64,000 nucleotides of DNA from Rebecca billardiae RCC1528 (Eukaryota > Protista > Haptophyta), in contig OZ251239.1 of NCBI GenBank assembly GCA_965240325.2, positions 496,001-560,000 on the forward strand. Direction: 5' to 3'. The notes beneath the pieces are model-generated. The model was given only the letters and a program-made list of their open reading frames with translations. It ran no database searches and had not been told where the DNA came from. Positions 1 to 10,426 of this stretch are shown one piece after another. The position numbers and the translations under genes were made by a program. The stretch's first letter is position 1; the number at the start of each line of letters is the position of its first letter.

Positions 1-490
1 GCGCCCGGCTGGGCGCCCTGCTCGGCGCCCTGCTCGGCGCCCTGCTCGGCGCCCTGCTTGCCCTGCTCGGCGCCCGGCCCGGCGCCCGGCCCGGCGCCCT
101 GCCCGGCGCCCGGCTGGGCGCCCTGCTCGGCGCCCTGCTCGGCGCCCGGCTCGGCGCCCTGCTCGGCGGCCTGCTTGCCCTGCTCGGCGCCCGGCTCGGC
201 GCCCGGCCCGGCGCCCGGCTGGGCGCCCTGCTTGCCCTGCTCGGCGCCCTGCTCGGCGCCCGGCTCGGCGCCCTGCTCGGCGGCCTGCTTGCCCTGCCCG
301 GCGCCCTGCCCGGCGCCCGGCTGGGCGCCCTGCTCGGCGCCCTGCTCGGCGCCCGGCTCGGCGCCCGGCTCGGCGCCCTGCTCGGCGGCCTGCTTGCCCT
401 GCTCGGCGCCCGGCTCGGCGCCGAGCAGGGCGCCGAGCAGGGCGCCCTGCTCGGCGCCCTGCTCGGCGCCCTGCCCCTGCTCGGCGCACT
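1..490. repeat. 12-bp GC-rich minisatellite (GGCGCCCTGCTC and variants)
   Basis: Directly visible tandem units; two units near 421-445 are inverted. Confidence 0.95.
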
Positions 491-977
491 GCTCGCCGGC
501 GGGCGGCGCACGCACGTGCGCCGCTGGCACCCTCTTCAACGAGCCTGCGCCCTCGACTGTTCCATCCGCGGACGCACCGACGGTGTCGCCAGGGACCGCA
601 GCCCACGCATGAGCAGACACTCCCTCGGCAGCCCGGAGGACGTACGTCTGCACTCGCCCGTGTGCGCCGACCCCAAGCGCCGCGACCACAGCACGGACTG
701 CCGGTGCACCCTGCTCGTACACCACGTCCACAGCAGCCCCGTTCGCGAAGCTCGTCGCAGTCGGAGTCGTCCCCGCAGGCGGCGGCGGCCTGCGCGCGGC
801 ACGCGGGCACGACGCCGCGCAACGACGCAGAACGCACGGCGTGACGACATGCGCGAGCGCACGCCGCGCGCGCGAACGAAGACACACGCGCGCGCGATGC
901 GCCGCGCGCGACCACGCGGCGCGCGCACGACGCCCGCGCGCGTGGCAGGCGTACCCCCTTAACGTCGTGCGAGGCAT
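1..977 (-). CDS. Unknown protein with (A/G)EQG/EPG tetrapeptide repeats; 2 exons (977-955, 789-<1), runs off the window start
   Basis: ATG at 977, GTACGC donor at 954 and GCGCAG acceptor ending at 790. The spliced frame stays open ([15 protein letters not shown]...VDVVYEQG...AEQGAEQG) into the repeat. It is absent from the ORF track because it is spliced and truncated. Confidence 0.55.
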   Translation of the reverse strand, partial: MPRTTLRGYACHARGRRARAAWSRAAHRARVCLRSRARRALAHVVTPCVLRRCAASCPRAARRPPPPAGTTPTATSFANGAAVDVVYEQGAPAVRAVVAALGVGAHGRVQTYVLRAAEGVSAHAWAAVPGDTVGASADGTVEGAGSLKRVPAAHVRAPPAGEQCAEQGQGAEQGAEQGALLGALLGAEPGAEQGKQAAEQGAEPGAEPGAEQGAEQGAQPGAGQGAGQGKQAAEQGAEPGAEQGAEQGKQGAQPGAGPGAEPGAEQGKQAAEQGAEPGAEQGAEQGAQPGAGQGAGPGAGPGAEQGKQGAEQGAEQGAEQGAQPG

Positions 978-1380
978 CGATCGTCCCTCGTGGCGAGCTC
1001 GGGAGCAAGTTTTGCGGCGCGCCCCCCGGCGTCGCATTTCTCTAACTAATTGACGAGCAACGTTCCGGCGGCGGTCCGGGCGGGAGGAGTCGACGGCGTC
1101 GTTTCGTCGCGGGTGGGCGTCAGGCTGCGCGCAATACGAAAGTACCCACCCCCGCTCATTAGGGTACTCCGCCCGAATACAAGGCGGGCGTTCGCGCCGG
1201 TTCGCCGCGAGCGGTATCTTCCGCGTTGCGGGCGAGCGGCGCCATTTGCTCGCTCCCGAAGCTTCTGGCCGTCGGAAAACTGGCGGGGGTGCCAGTCCGG
1301 AAATCGCCGTGCTGAGATGCGGAGGTTTGTCGGAGTTCTGGTTGCTCGGTCGGTCCTCGTCGGACTTCCGGGGTTTTCCC

Positions 1381-1428
1381 TACAGTTTACTAAGAATAAG
1401 AGACGCACACAGCTCAGGCAGGCGAGAT
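1381..1428 (+). repeat. 48-bp sequence (TA + 46 bp starting CAGTTTAC), inverted copy at 9689-9736
   Basis: TACAGTTTACTAAGAATAAGAGACGCACACAGCTCAGGCAGGCGAGAT is the exact reverse complement of 9689-9736. Confidence 0.9.
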
Positions 1429-1486
1429 TTTATTTGTTTCAGCATCAGAGAAAACCGAAAAAGAAAGTCGCCGCCGACGAACGACG

Positions 1487-2224
1487 ATGGCGTCGTTCGA
1501 TCTGGGAATCGTGGCCAAGCCCGACGAGACAACGCAGGCTGTCGCGGAAGAGCTGGGATACCAAACAGCGGGATTCGTCACGGAGGTGCGGGGCCACGTA
1601 GCCAAGCAGCACGCGAGCCGCGCGCCGAGCGTGCTGACATCGCGGGCGGCGCAGCATGACCGAGTCGTGCTGCATGGCTCTGGGCGGCGGCCATTGCACC
1701 GGCTGTCGCGCCTGACGCTCACTGTGGACTCGACAGATCAGCTGCGGGACGTCAACGAGGGCAACCAGGTGATGCTGTCCTACGACCTAGTTGCCGTCGT
1801 CCCACACACGGAGGACGCGTTCGAGCGCTGCTGCAATCCTCCGGTGGTGAATGCGATCGACCTCATCTCTCTCCCGATGGACGCGCGCGTGCCGTACGCG
1901 CTCAACCCCGCGCTGCTCCGCAAGGCGGCGCGTGCCGGTGTGCACTTCGAGATCCGCTACGCATTCGCCCTTCGCGACTCCATGACGCGCCGCCACCTCA
2001 TCGCCAACGCCCTGCAGCTGACCAGGGCGGCTCCAGAGAGCAGCATCGTGATCTCGAGCGGCGCAGAGAGCGATGCCAAACTGCGAGCACCTCTCGACGT
2101 CGCGCACCTGGCCACACTCTTCCACATGAGCGTGCGGCAGGCGAGGCGATGCATGTCGGCCCATGCGCGCGCCGTCGTCGCCCGTGCTGCTGCCCGGCAT
2201 GAGCGCCTCGTCACGCTCGCATAG
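1487..2224 (+). CDS. RPP30: Ribonuclease P/MRP subunit p30 (PHP-like fold)
   Basis: 245 aa with family-typical segments LSRLTL, YDLVAVVP, IDLISL, GVHFEIRY, IVISSGA and LRAPLDVAHL. Confidence 0.9.
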   Translation: MASFDLGIVAKPDETTQAVAEELGYQTAGFVTEVRGHVAKQHASRAPSVLTSRAAQHDRVVLHGSGRRPLHRLSRLTLTVDSTDQLRDVNEGNQVMLSYDLVAVVPHTEDAFERCCNPPVVNAIDLISLPMDARVPYALNPALLRKAARAGVHFEIRYAFALRDSMTRRHLIANALQLTRAAPESSIVISSGAESDAKLRAPLDVAHLATLFHMSVRQARRCMSAHARAVVARAAARHERLVTLA

Positions 2225-2598
2225 CGCCCCGGACCGTCGGGCGCCCGTCCGCGCCCATCCGTAACTCGCCGGCCGAGGCGCCGGGCCGCGCGGACGGCGG
2301 GTGGTTCACCGTGGCGGTTGGGATCGTCGCGATCGATCTTCAGCATCCTCGTCATATATGTACTGTAGTAGTCATCAAAGTTACAAGCGACAAGCGTCGT
2401 CCGATCGTCGCCGTTGCTGATCACGCCATCACGCCGCCACTCGTGGCCGCCAGCAGCTGATATGCACTGTCACGGTCTCACAGTCTCACTGACGACATAT
2501 TGGCAGTGTCATGGCTCTGCCTCTAGCGACTAGTAGCAGTAGCTCGGTCGTTCACTCGTCGGCAGTGCCAGGGACTAGGCGGCCCGTGCTAGGCGGAG

Positions 2599-3378
2599 TC
2601 AGGCGCCTCGAGGCTTGTCGTAGTACGAGTCGAAGGTGCTCTCGGGCGCCTCCTTGAGGAAGCCCTTGAGCTTCTCGAACTGCGCTGCCGGCAGCAGCTT
2701 GCGCAGCTCCGCGGCCTTCACGAATTTGAAGTCGCGGAAGTCAAAGCCCGGCGCGACCGCCTCGCCGAGGAGGCCGTACTTGGCGCCAGCCGCGAGCTGC
2801 ACGCACTTGAAGCTGCCACCGCGCACGACGAGCTGCGGGCACTTGGGCCCGAGCGTGTGCGCGCTGAGCGTACCGTTGGGCTCGACCACGTGGTACGTGA
2901 GCTCGCCACCGCCGTGCCAGTAGTGCACGTGGTCGCTCATGTTGTTCGCCCACCACTGCTTGGGCGAGTCGTCGGTGAGCATGTAGTAGATCGAGGTGAG
3001 CACGTTGCGCTCCCCGCCCTCGCGGCCACGGCATGGCATGAGCGCGCCGGACTCATCGGTCTTGCCCTTGGAGGTCATGGGTGTCGCGCCAGCGCGGTAG
3101 GTCTCGAGGAAGTACCCGCCCTCCGGGTGCGCAATCAGCTGGAGCTCGCGCGCAAGCGCGTGGCCGTCAAGCTGCGGCGCCAGCGGCGCTGGCTCGGGCG
3201 TGGCCGCGGCCGCTGCCGCGGCCTCGGGTGCCGGCTGCGACGGCGCCGGCGGCGCCGCGGCCTCCCGCGGACGACGCAGCGCCAAATATGCGAACGCTGC
3301 GCCGAGCGCCACACCCGCGCCGCCCGCGAGCGCGAGTTGGGAAGCCATCGTCGTTGCAGCCTCCCGGGCGTCGACCAT
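2599..3378 (-). CDS. Cupin_5 / DUF985-family cupin with N-terminal membrane anchor
   Basis: LIAHPEGGYFLETYR, TSIYYML, PQLVVRGG and GEAVAPGFDFRDF motifs; the start could also be ~3348. Confidence 0.85.
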   Translation of the reverse strand: MVDAREAATTMASQLALAGGAGVALGAAFAYLALRRPREAAAPPAPSQPAPEAAAAAAATPEPAPLAPQLDGHALARELQLIAHPEGGYFLETYRAGATPMTSKGKTDESGALMPCRGREGGERNVLTSIYYMLTDDSPKQWWANNMSDHVHYWHGGGELTYHVVEPNGTLSAHTLGPKCPQLVVRGGSFKCVQLAAGAKYGLLGEAVAPGFDFRDFKFVKAAELRKLLPAAQFEKLKGFLKEAPESTFDSYYDKPRGA

Positions 3379-3458
3379 CGGATGCGCAGTTGCGCACGCG
3401 GTGCTGCGCTGGGCAGGTCGACGGGTTGCCGGGTTCCCTTTCATCAGAGAAAGGCGGC

Positions 3459-5481
3459 ATGGCTGAGCCGCGCGAGGAGCCGCACACCACGCGCGCGCAC
3501 GAGCTGCGCCAGCTGCTCGCCGTCGGCGCGCCGTGCGTGTACGGCAAGATCTTCGGCTTCTGGTGCCCGGCGTTTATCACGCTCGTGTGTGTCGGCCGCT
3601 CGGGCGAGCTCGCCGCGGTCGGCCTGGCGATGTCGTACTCGAACGCGCTCGGCTTCTCGATCAACGTGGGGCTCAGCCAGGCGATCGACTCCCTCTGCTC
3701 CCAGGCGTACGGCGCCGGCGCCTACCTGCTTCTCGGCGACGTGCTACAACGCGCGCTCCTCGTCATGGCTGCCTTCAACGGCGGCGCGACGCTGCTCTGG
3801 CTATGCGCGGAGGGCGTGCTGGTGGCGTGCGGCCAGGACCCGCTGCTCTCGGCGAGCGCGGCGGCGTACCTCCGCGCGCTGCTGCCCGCGCTCTGGGCCC
3901 ACGCGCTCTCCATCGCCACCCAGCGCTGGCTCGGCGCGCAGGGCGAGACGCGGCCGCTCCTGGCCATTTCAACGCTCACGCTGTGCGCGCACGCGGCGCT
4001 GGCGCCCGTGCTCACACGCGAGGGCCGGCTGGGCTTCGTCGGCGCGGCGGTGTCGTGGAGCGTGGCGAGCACGCTGCGCGCCGGCCTCACCGTCGTCTTC
4101 GCCGTCGCCTGGCCCAAGCTGCACGTGTGCTGGGGCGGCTGGTCGGCGCGCGCCGCGCTCGACCTTGACGAGCTGCGCCGTTTTCTCGGATTGGGGCTGC
4201 CGTCTGTCATGATGCTGTGCACGGAGTGGTGGGCGTTCGAGCTGGTGGCGTTCATGGCGGGGCTGCTCCCCGACCCGCGCGCCGCGCTGCAGGCGTACGC
4301 GCTCCTCTTCAACGTCTCCAACCTCCTCTTCATGATCCCCCTCGGGCTGGGCGTCGGCACGGCCGTGCGCGTCGGCCAGGCGCTGGGCCGGGGCGAGCCG
4401 CGCCGCGCGCGCCGCACGGTGGCGATCGCGCTGAGCGCGGACGCGTGCGCGTTCGGGCTGGCGGCGTGCGCGCTGCTCTCGCCGCCCGTGCGCACGCACA
4501 TCGCCGCGCTCTTCCTCGGCCCCGCCGCCTCCACGCAGCGCAGCGCCGCGGGCGGCGCATCCGCGTCCGCGCTCGTCGCGGCCGTGCTGCCCTGGGTCGT
4601 CCTGGGACAGCTTGGGGACAATATCAAGGAGATCTGTAACGGCGTGCTGCGCGGGGCGGGTAGGCAGGCACTCGGTGCGCGCCGCGCGCGCGACACGCGT
4701 ACACACGCGCACGCCGGCCGCCGCCCAGCGGCGCGCACGCCCGCGCCACCGCGCCGCCGCTCAGCCCGTGCTCCCCCTCTGGCCTCGCCCTCGCGCACGC
4801 ACGCCGGCTGGCGCTCGCCGGTGCTCCGGACTCTCGCGCTCTCTCACCCGGACTCGCTTGCTCGCGCGCTCTCTCTCTGTGTGTGTGCACATCTGCTCTC
4901 TCGCCGGCACTCGCTTGCTCGCGCGCGCTCTCTCTCTCTCTCTGTGTATGCACATCCAAACGCCTCTGTGCGGCGTGATTGCACGTCCGCACTCGTGTGC
5001 GCGCCGTGGTCGTTGGCGGCGCGTCGCAGGCGCGTGGACCGCCGCGACCTGCTACCCTTTTGTTATGCTGCCGTGCTCGGCGCTGCTTGCGTTCGGCCAC
5101 GGCCCGCGCTGGTGCGCCGGGCTCACTGGCCTCTTTGCGGGGATTGTCCTTGGCTCGGCCGCGCACGCGGCGAGCAACCTCGGCCTCGTGCTCGGGCTGA
5201 TTGACTTCCGAGTGGAGGCGGAGCGTGCGATGAGCACCGCCAAGCACAGCGAGGAGCGGCGGAAGGCGGCGGCGAGCCGGGCGGGGCCGAAGGGCGGCGG
5301 CGCGGGCGGCGGCGGGCAGGGCGGCGCTGAGAACGGCGGCGTCGGCGTGCTCGCCATCGCGGCGACCTCGGCGGGCGGCGGTGGCGGCGGCGTGGACAGC
5401 AAGCTGTGGGGCTCGCCGCCGCGCCATCGCGGCGGCAACGAGGAGCCGCTACTGCCGGCGGCCGGCGGGGCAGAGCGATGA
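3459..5481 (+). CDS. MATE-family efflux transporter; intron 4675-5029
   Basis: LAAVGLA, GLSQAIDSLCSQAYGA, CTEWWAFE, VRVGQALGRG and GVLRGAGRQ motifs; the GT..CAG intron joins ORF 3081 to ORF 4612 in frame. Confidence 0.9.
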
Positions 5482-6015
5482 GCCGGAGGACGCGAGGCCT
5501 TGACGCGGGGCCTTGACGCGAGGCCTTATTGACGGCCTCGCGTCAAGGCGGAAGGCCGTCAAGCCGTCAAGCGGATGGGCATGATATTCTGATCAGCAAG
5601 GCCCGTGACTCAGGCTGCCGTGCGGGCCCGTGCCGTACATCGGCCCGCATCGGGCTGGCGGCACGGTTGAGGTCGAGGAGCCTCATCGACGACCTGTCAG
5701 CACCGTCCTTGGCACTTGTGCAGTAGTCAGTGCGTGCCAACGGTACACGCTGCCTAGCTCGCCCGCGGAGGCGCGGAACCTTCAAACGGCAAAGGACGCG
5801 GCGCGGAGTCGTCGCCGACGACCGCGCGAGCCCCGGGCCGCCCGCCAGGCCGCCTGCAGGGCTAGGGTAAAAATCGGAAATCCGACGGAGCCAGAAAATG
5901 GGTTGACGAAAAAATGACATGCATTTTATTCGTGCCATCAGATCCACGGTGGCTGCCCCTTGCCACTTGCAAGCCAGCCTTAGCATAGCGGGAGGGGCGG
6001 GCAAAAGGGGGCAGC

Positions 6016-6885
6016 ATGCGGTACTACCTCCACGTGCTGGCCGCGCTCGCGCTGGTGTCGGGCGATGACATTGAGCCGCGCATCTTTGAGGACGACGGCC
6101 CCGCTGATCTCGACATCTGGTTTGGCGAGTGCCCGTTCAACGCGGACGCCGGTTGCAACGGCGTAACACAGCTCGTGCGCGACGGCGTGGTCATGGACAA
6201 CCTCAATGCATCGGACATGATCCTCATCGCGTCGGGGATGAACACAATGTTCATCCGCACCTCCACGTACATCCGCGAGACCGGAACCGACGGCCAGCTC
6301 GACTTTGAGGCGATCAACCTGCGGTACTTCACCGAGTCGTCCGAGCCCAACCTGATGTGCGACCAGGCGGCCATCTTCCTGCACAAGAAGGCGGACGGGC
6401 TGGTGTACGCGCCGGTGACCGAGGCGGTCGACACGGACGAGCCGTTCGGCCTCTCCTTCATCAAGGACGGCCAGCGCGGCAACAAGCTCTTCCTCAAGCC
6501 GTATGCGCTCGGCCGCACGGAGCAGCCGCCCAACGGCTCACTGCCCACGCTCAAGGTCACCATCCTGCCCACGGTCGTGCACAAGAAGGTGTCGAAGCGC
6601 GCGTGCACGGCGGCGGAGATCGACGAGCTGCAGACCAAGTGCTACACCCGCTCGCTCGAGAAGCGGCGCAAGGACAAGATCGTCCTCCGCTTCCCCGCGC
6701 GCACCGAGCCGAGCAGCGGGCCCCACCGGGAGACGGTGGACGCGTGCTGGAAGGCGTACGCCATCGACCAGGGCGACCTCGTGCCCAAGGCGGAGCGGAA
6801 CGGGAGCGAGGTGCCGCCCGCGCTGTGGCTGCTGCTGTCCTGCCTCATCGTGGCCTCCATCGCATTCGTCCTCGCGCGCAGGTAA
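6016..6885 (+). CDS. Unknown single-pass type I membrane protein
   Basis: Signal peptide MRYYLHVLAALALVSG, normal globular composition with several Cys, C-terminal TM ending in RR. Confidence 0.8.
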   Translation: MRYYLHVLAALALVSGDDIEPRIFEDDGPADLDIWFGECPFNADAGCNGVTQLVRDGVVMDNLNASDMILIASGMNTMFIRTSTYIRETGTDGQLDFEAINLRYFTESSEPNLMCDQAAIFLHKKADGLVYAPVTEAVDTDEPFGLSFIKDGQRGNKLFLKPYALGRTEQPPNGSLPTLKVTILPTVVHKKVSKRACTAAEIDELQTKCYTRSLEKRRKDKIVLRFPARTEPSSGPHRETVDACWKAYAIDQGDLVPKAERNGSEVPPALWLLLSCLIVASIAFVLARR

Positions 6886-8090
6886 CGAACAACGACCGCC
6901 GCCGTGATGTTCGGCCGGCGCAGTCTCAGTCAGGCGGGCCGTGCCGCCAGACTTGACTGACAGCGCTGGCTCTGGCAGTGGCAGCAGCTGCCTCACCGCG
7001 CGCGCCTCTCGCCGCCGCCGAGAGGGAGGGCGGCCTACGACGGTGGCGGGTTCGGACGGCCAGCCAGCACGGGGGCAGCGGGTCGTGTATTACGAGCGTC
7101 CGCCTCAACTCTCAAGGACCAGGTCCAGGACCTACCGGAGCACGGGTTCTGACACTGGCATCAGCAGCTAGAGTGCTGTCAGAGCCGCTGAGGAGCCCAG
7201 GTGGACGACTCGGCTGGTAGTCTGAGGTTGCATGTGTGATGGTTATTCGATCGTCATCATCGGCACTGCGTCTGCTGAGTGCTGACTGACAGTCTGGCGC
7301 CAGTCGGCGCGGGCGGGCAGTGACTCCGCGGCGGCAGTACCGCCCCCGGGTTAATGATGCGCGTGAGTGTGATGAGCTATATAATATATGGGGTTATTGG
7401 CACAGAAATATAATAATAACTGATGATTGTCGATCGATCTAAGCAAGAGGACGGCGGTGGGAGCGCAATGCGCCGTATCAACACCTGCCTGCCATTCGGC
7501 CCGGCCGACCCAGGCGGCCGAGCTCAAGTCCGGCTGCCATCTTGGCCACCCTCTTCTCCGGTGCCACGAGGGACTTTCGCTGAGCCTGCTCAGAGCTGCT
7601 CTGTGCGCTCGCACAACGACCCCGAACAACTTACTCGCTGTGATGCTCATGGGCCGTAGGCAAATAGGCAAGGTTGGCGGCGGCACAGGACGGCCAATTG
7701 GTGAACTGGGTTTTTCCATCAGGCGCGGAGCGCCACCCGGACGCAGCCCAGTGCCTCTCGCTCACTCGCAGCGAACGCCCTTCGGAAGTGCCCACTGGCA
7801 TCGCGGATGGCTGCAGCTGTTTCCGGGCCCGCATCTTCGTGATGCCCTCTGCACGATGGTGCTTCGTGCCTTGCTCTCGTGCGGCTTGGCGACTCTCGAG
7901 CTGCGCCTTCCAAGCTGCCGAGAAACAAAATCCCATAAGCTATGATACAATGTATAAAGTCTGGTATCTCGCCGCGTGGCTCCGCCCTGCCCGGCGTGTG
8001 CCTCGCCTCCTCGCTGCATCTGGATGGCGCAGGCGCTTCGAGGACGGCTAGACGTATATATATATATATATATGAGCCTCGGACGTCCGA

Positions 8091-8390
8091 GTTGTATTGC
8101 CGCTTTGGAAAGTGTGGTCAGTTGTATTGCCAAAAGCACGTTAATTGCCTACAGTGGTCAGTTGTATATTGCCGTTTTCAGTAGTATTATGGGTCAAGAA
8201 TATTATTGCCGCTTTTTGATGATAGTGTGAGTCAACAATATTGCCACCCTCAAATACTGGTTTCAAATCAATATGACCCTTCACACTACTTGGTTCAAGA
8301 ATATTGCCGTTTTCGAGCTTGATGAACATAGTCTGCTCAGAAATATTGCCCTTTCCGGAACTATGTCGTGTCAGTTGTATTGCCGCCAGC
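8091..8390. repeat. AT-rich island with about eight recurrences of TATTGCC (often GTCAGTTGTATTGCC or AATATTGCC)
   Basis: Visible motif recurrence at ~30-60 bp spacing in an AT-rich block. Confidence 0.7.
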
Positions 8391-9688
8391 AGCTGGTGCG
8401 GCTGGGGCACGACTCGCGTTCAGTCTCTCAGACAAGAGACTCGCGCAGCCCGTGTGCGCGTGCGTGCACAGCTGCGACTGCCTGCGCGCGGCATGCATGA
8501 TGCGCTACTGCAACCATCAACCGACATACCATCATCATGCGGCCTGCTGAGCTCATCTTGACTTCCAGCCAGTAGCAGTCAGCGCTTGCCGTCGCCGCCG
8601 CGCTTGCCGCCGCCGCCAGCCCCCAGCGCCATCTGGACTGCCGCTACTTCAGCGGCCGCGTGAGCCGCATCGCGTCCCGTGCCGCTGCACGCGCCACCTT
8701 AAGCTGCGACCGCGCTCGGCGAGCCTGCCAGGGTTCCAGCAGCAGCAGGAAGCGTCGCCTGCCCCGCCTGCTTGCTGGCTCGTCGAGGCGCGCGCTGCGC
8801 ACCGCCCGCCGGTCGTTGCGTTGAGTCCCAGCTGGCAGTACGCCTTGGACTTCCTCATCCACGGGCCAATCAGCCTGCGTTGACGAGTGCGAGTGGCGCA
8901 CGGCCACCCACCTGCACAAGTTTGGCCACAGGGCCGTCTGCTGTTGGAGTGATGACATGCAATCGCGAAAAGCACGCGCGAGCAGTGTTGCACGAGCGAG
9001 AGAGCGCGACGCACGTTGGTTGATCGCCACGGTGTGAATGACAGTTGATGGCAGGCAGTGAGGGGGACACGCGTCGCGTTGACCAAGCTCCTCGAGGCCG
9101 TTGAAGAGCACACGCCTATCGTGCACGTTCGACTCCAGCGAATCGGGGCGCGGCAACTCACGCTCACCCTGCTTCACGCATGCACCTGCATGCGCTGCCC
9201 TCGCAATGTCATCGACTGCGCGCTTGAAGGTCCCGGAGTCGAAGTGAGCACGGAGCAACGCCGATTTGATAGAAGTCGCGACGGATTTTCGCCCGTCTCC
9301 GCGTAGACGGCGAGTAGCCCGAGGTGCACGCGCGTGTTGCACTGCGCGCGCATGCGGCAGCGTTTGTGCAGATTCCGGTCCACGGTTCAGCTCGTCGTTC
9401 GACTTGATGATGTCGAGGAACACGGCGCTACCCCGGCAGAGATCGTCGTCGTTGAACGTCACTCTTCTGACCTGGGATCAGCTAGGCCTGCTCAAGGGCA
9501 CGCCGCGCACGCCGGCGGCGCGTGGGCGCAAGCGCCATCATCAGCGCGTGGGCGATAGCGGCAACAAACCTGAATCAAAGATGCGCAAACGGCAACACAA
9601 CTGACCCACACTGCGCGAGGGCAATACTGTACAGCTGAAGCTGTATGAACAAAGTGTATTGGGCCATCGTCCACGGCAATAATACTGT

Positions 9689-9736
9689 ATCTCGCCTGCC
9701 TGAGCTGTGTGCGTCTCTTATTCTTAGTAAACTGTA
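9689..9736 (-). repeat. Inverted partner of the 1381-1428 repeat
   Basis: Exact reverse-complement match over 48 bp. Confidence 0.9.
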
Positions 9737-10341
9737 TGGAGCGCTCGTTGGAACTTGACGCCGGTTTGGCGCCCGCGCGGCGAGGGCGACGACGGGCGTA
9801 CACGGGGCCCGCGGCGGCGGGAAGCGCGCGGGCGCGGCCGAGAACGGCACGGTCCGGACGCCTCTCGCCAGCCGCGGACGCGCACCGCGCCTCCTCCTCG
9901 CACGCTGCTAACTTGATCCGGGTTGAACGGTGGTTTTGCTGCCGACCAGCTCAAGTTCCACGGCTGGTCAAGGTTCGGCTTGCGACCTCGCCGCTGGTGC
10001 TTGCAAGAAGGTACAACAGTTGGTCGAACTCCCACGCACCCGCTCTCCGTTCTACGACGCCCTCTGAAGGTGACTCGGGGTGCATGCGGGGCAGTGGAAT
10101 GCAGTGGTTCGGCGTTGCCTCTCAGTCGTCCAGCGCGCAGGCCATGTAGCGCGGGTGTGGTGCGCGCATGGCCCGGTAATTCGGTCGCGGCATATCTGTC
10201 TGGGCTGCCCAAGGCCTGCCGCACCGCGAAGCGAGCGCTCAGGAGCGTGTGCCGACCGTGCCAGCCCCGCCGAGATGGGGCACTTCGCTGGGAAATGCGG
10301 TGTCAAGTTCCACCCCCGCTCAAGTTCCAACGAGCGCTCCA
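9737..10341. mobile_element. Non-autonomous TA-flanked TIR element (MITE, Tc1/mariner-like target site)
   Basis: TA|TGGAGCGCTCGTTGGAACTTGA ... TCAAGTTCCAACGAGCGCTCCA|TA gives perfect 22-bp TIRs; extra TCAAGTTCCA copies at 9951 and 10303. Confidence 0.8.
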
Positions 10342-10426
10342 TACACCTGACACAATAGGCTGTCCGACTCTACACTGCTGTAGCCAGCGGAGGGGGGCCG
10401 GACAGGCTACTGACACAAGTATTCAC

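Noticed and set aside
58-612. Cys-rich PCSA-repeat ORF on + strand (metallothionein-like look)
   Set aside because: No ATG start; it is the antisense of the better-supported spliced minus-strand AEQG frame
8091-8390. CRISPR-like repeat/spacer array
   Set aside because: The shared core is only ~7-15 bp, spacing is irregular, there are no cas genes and the context is eukaryotic
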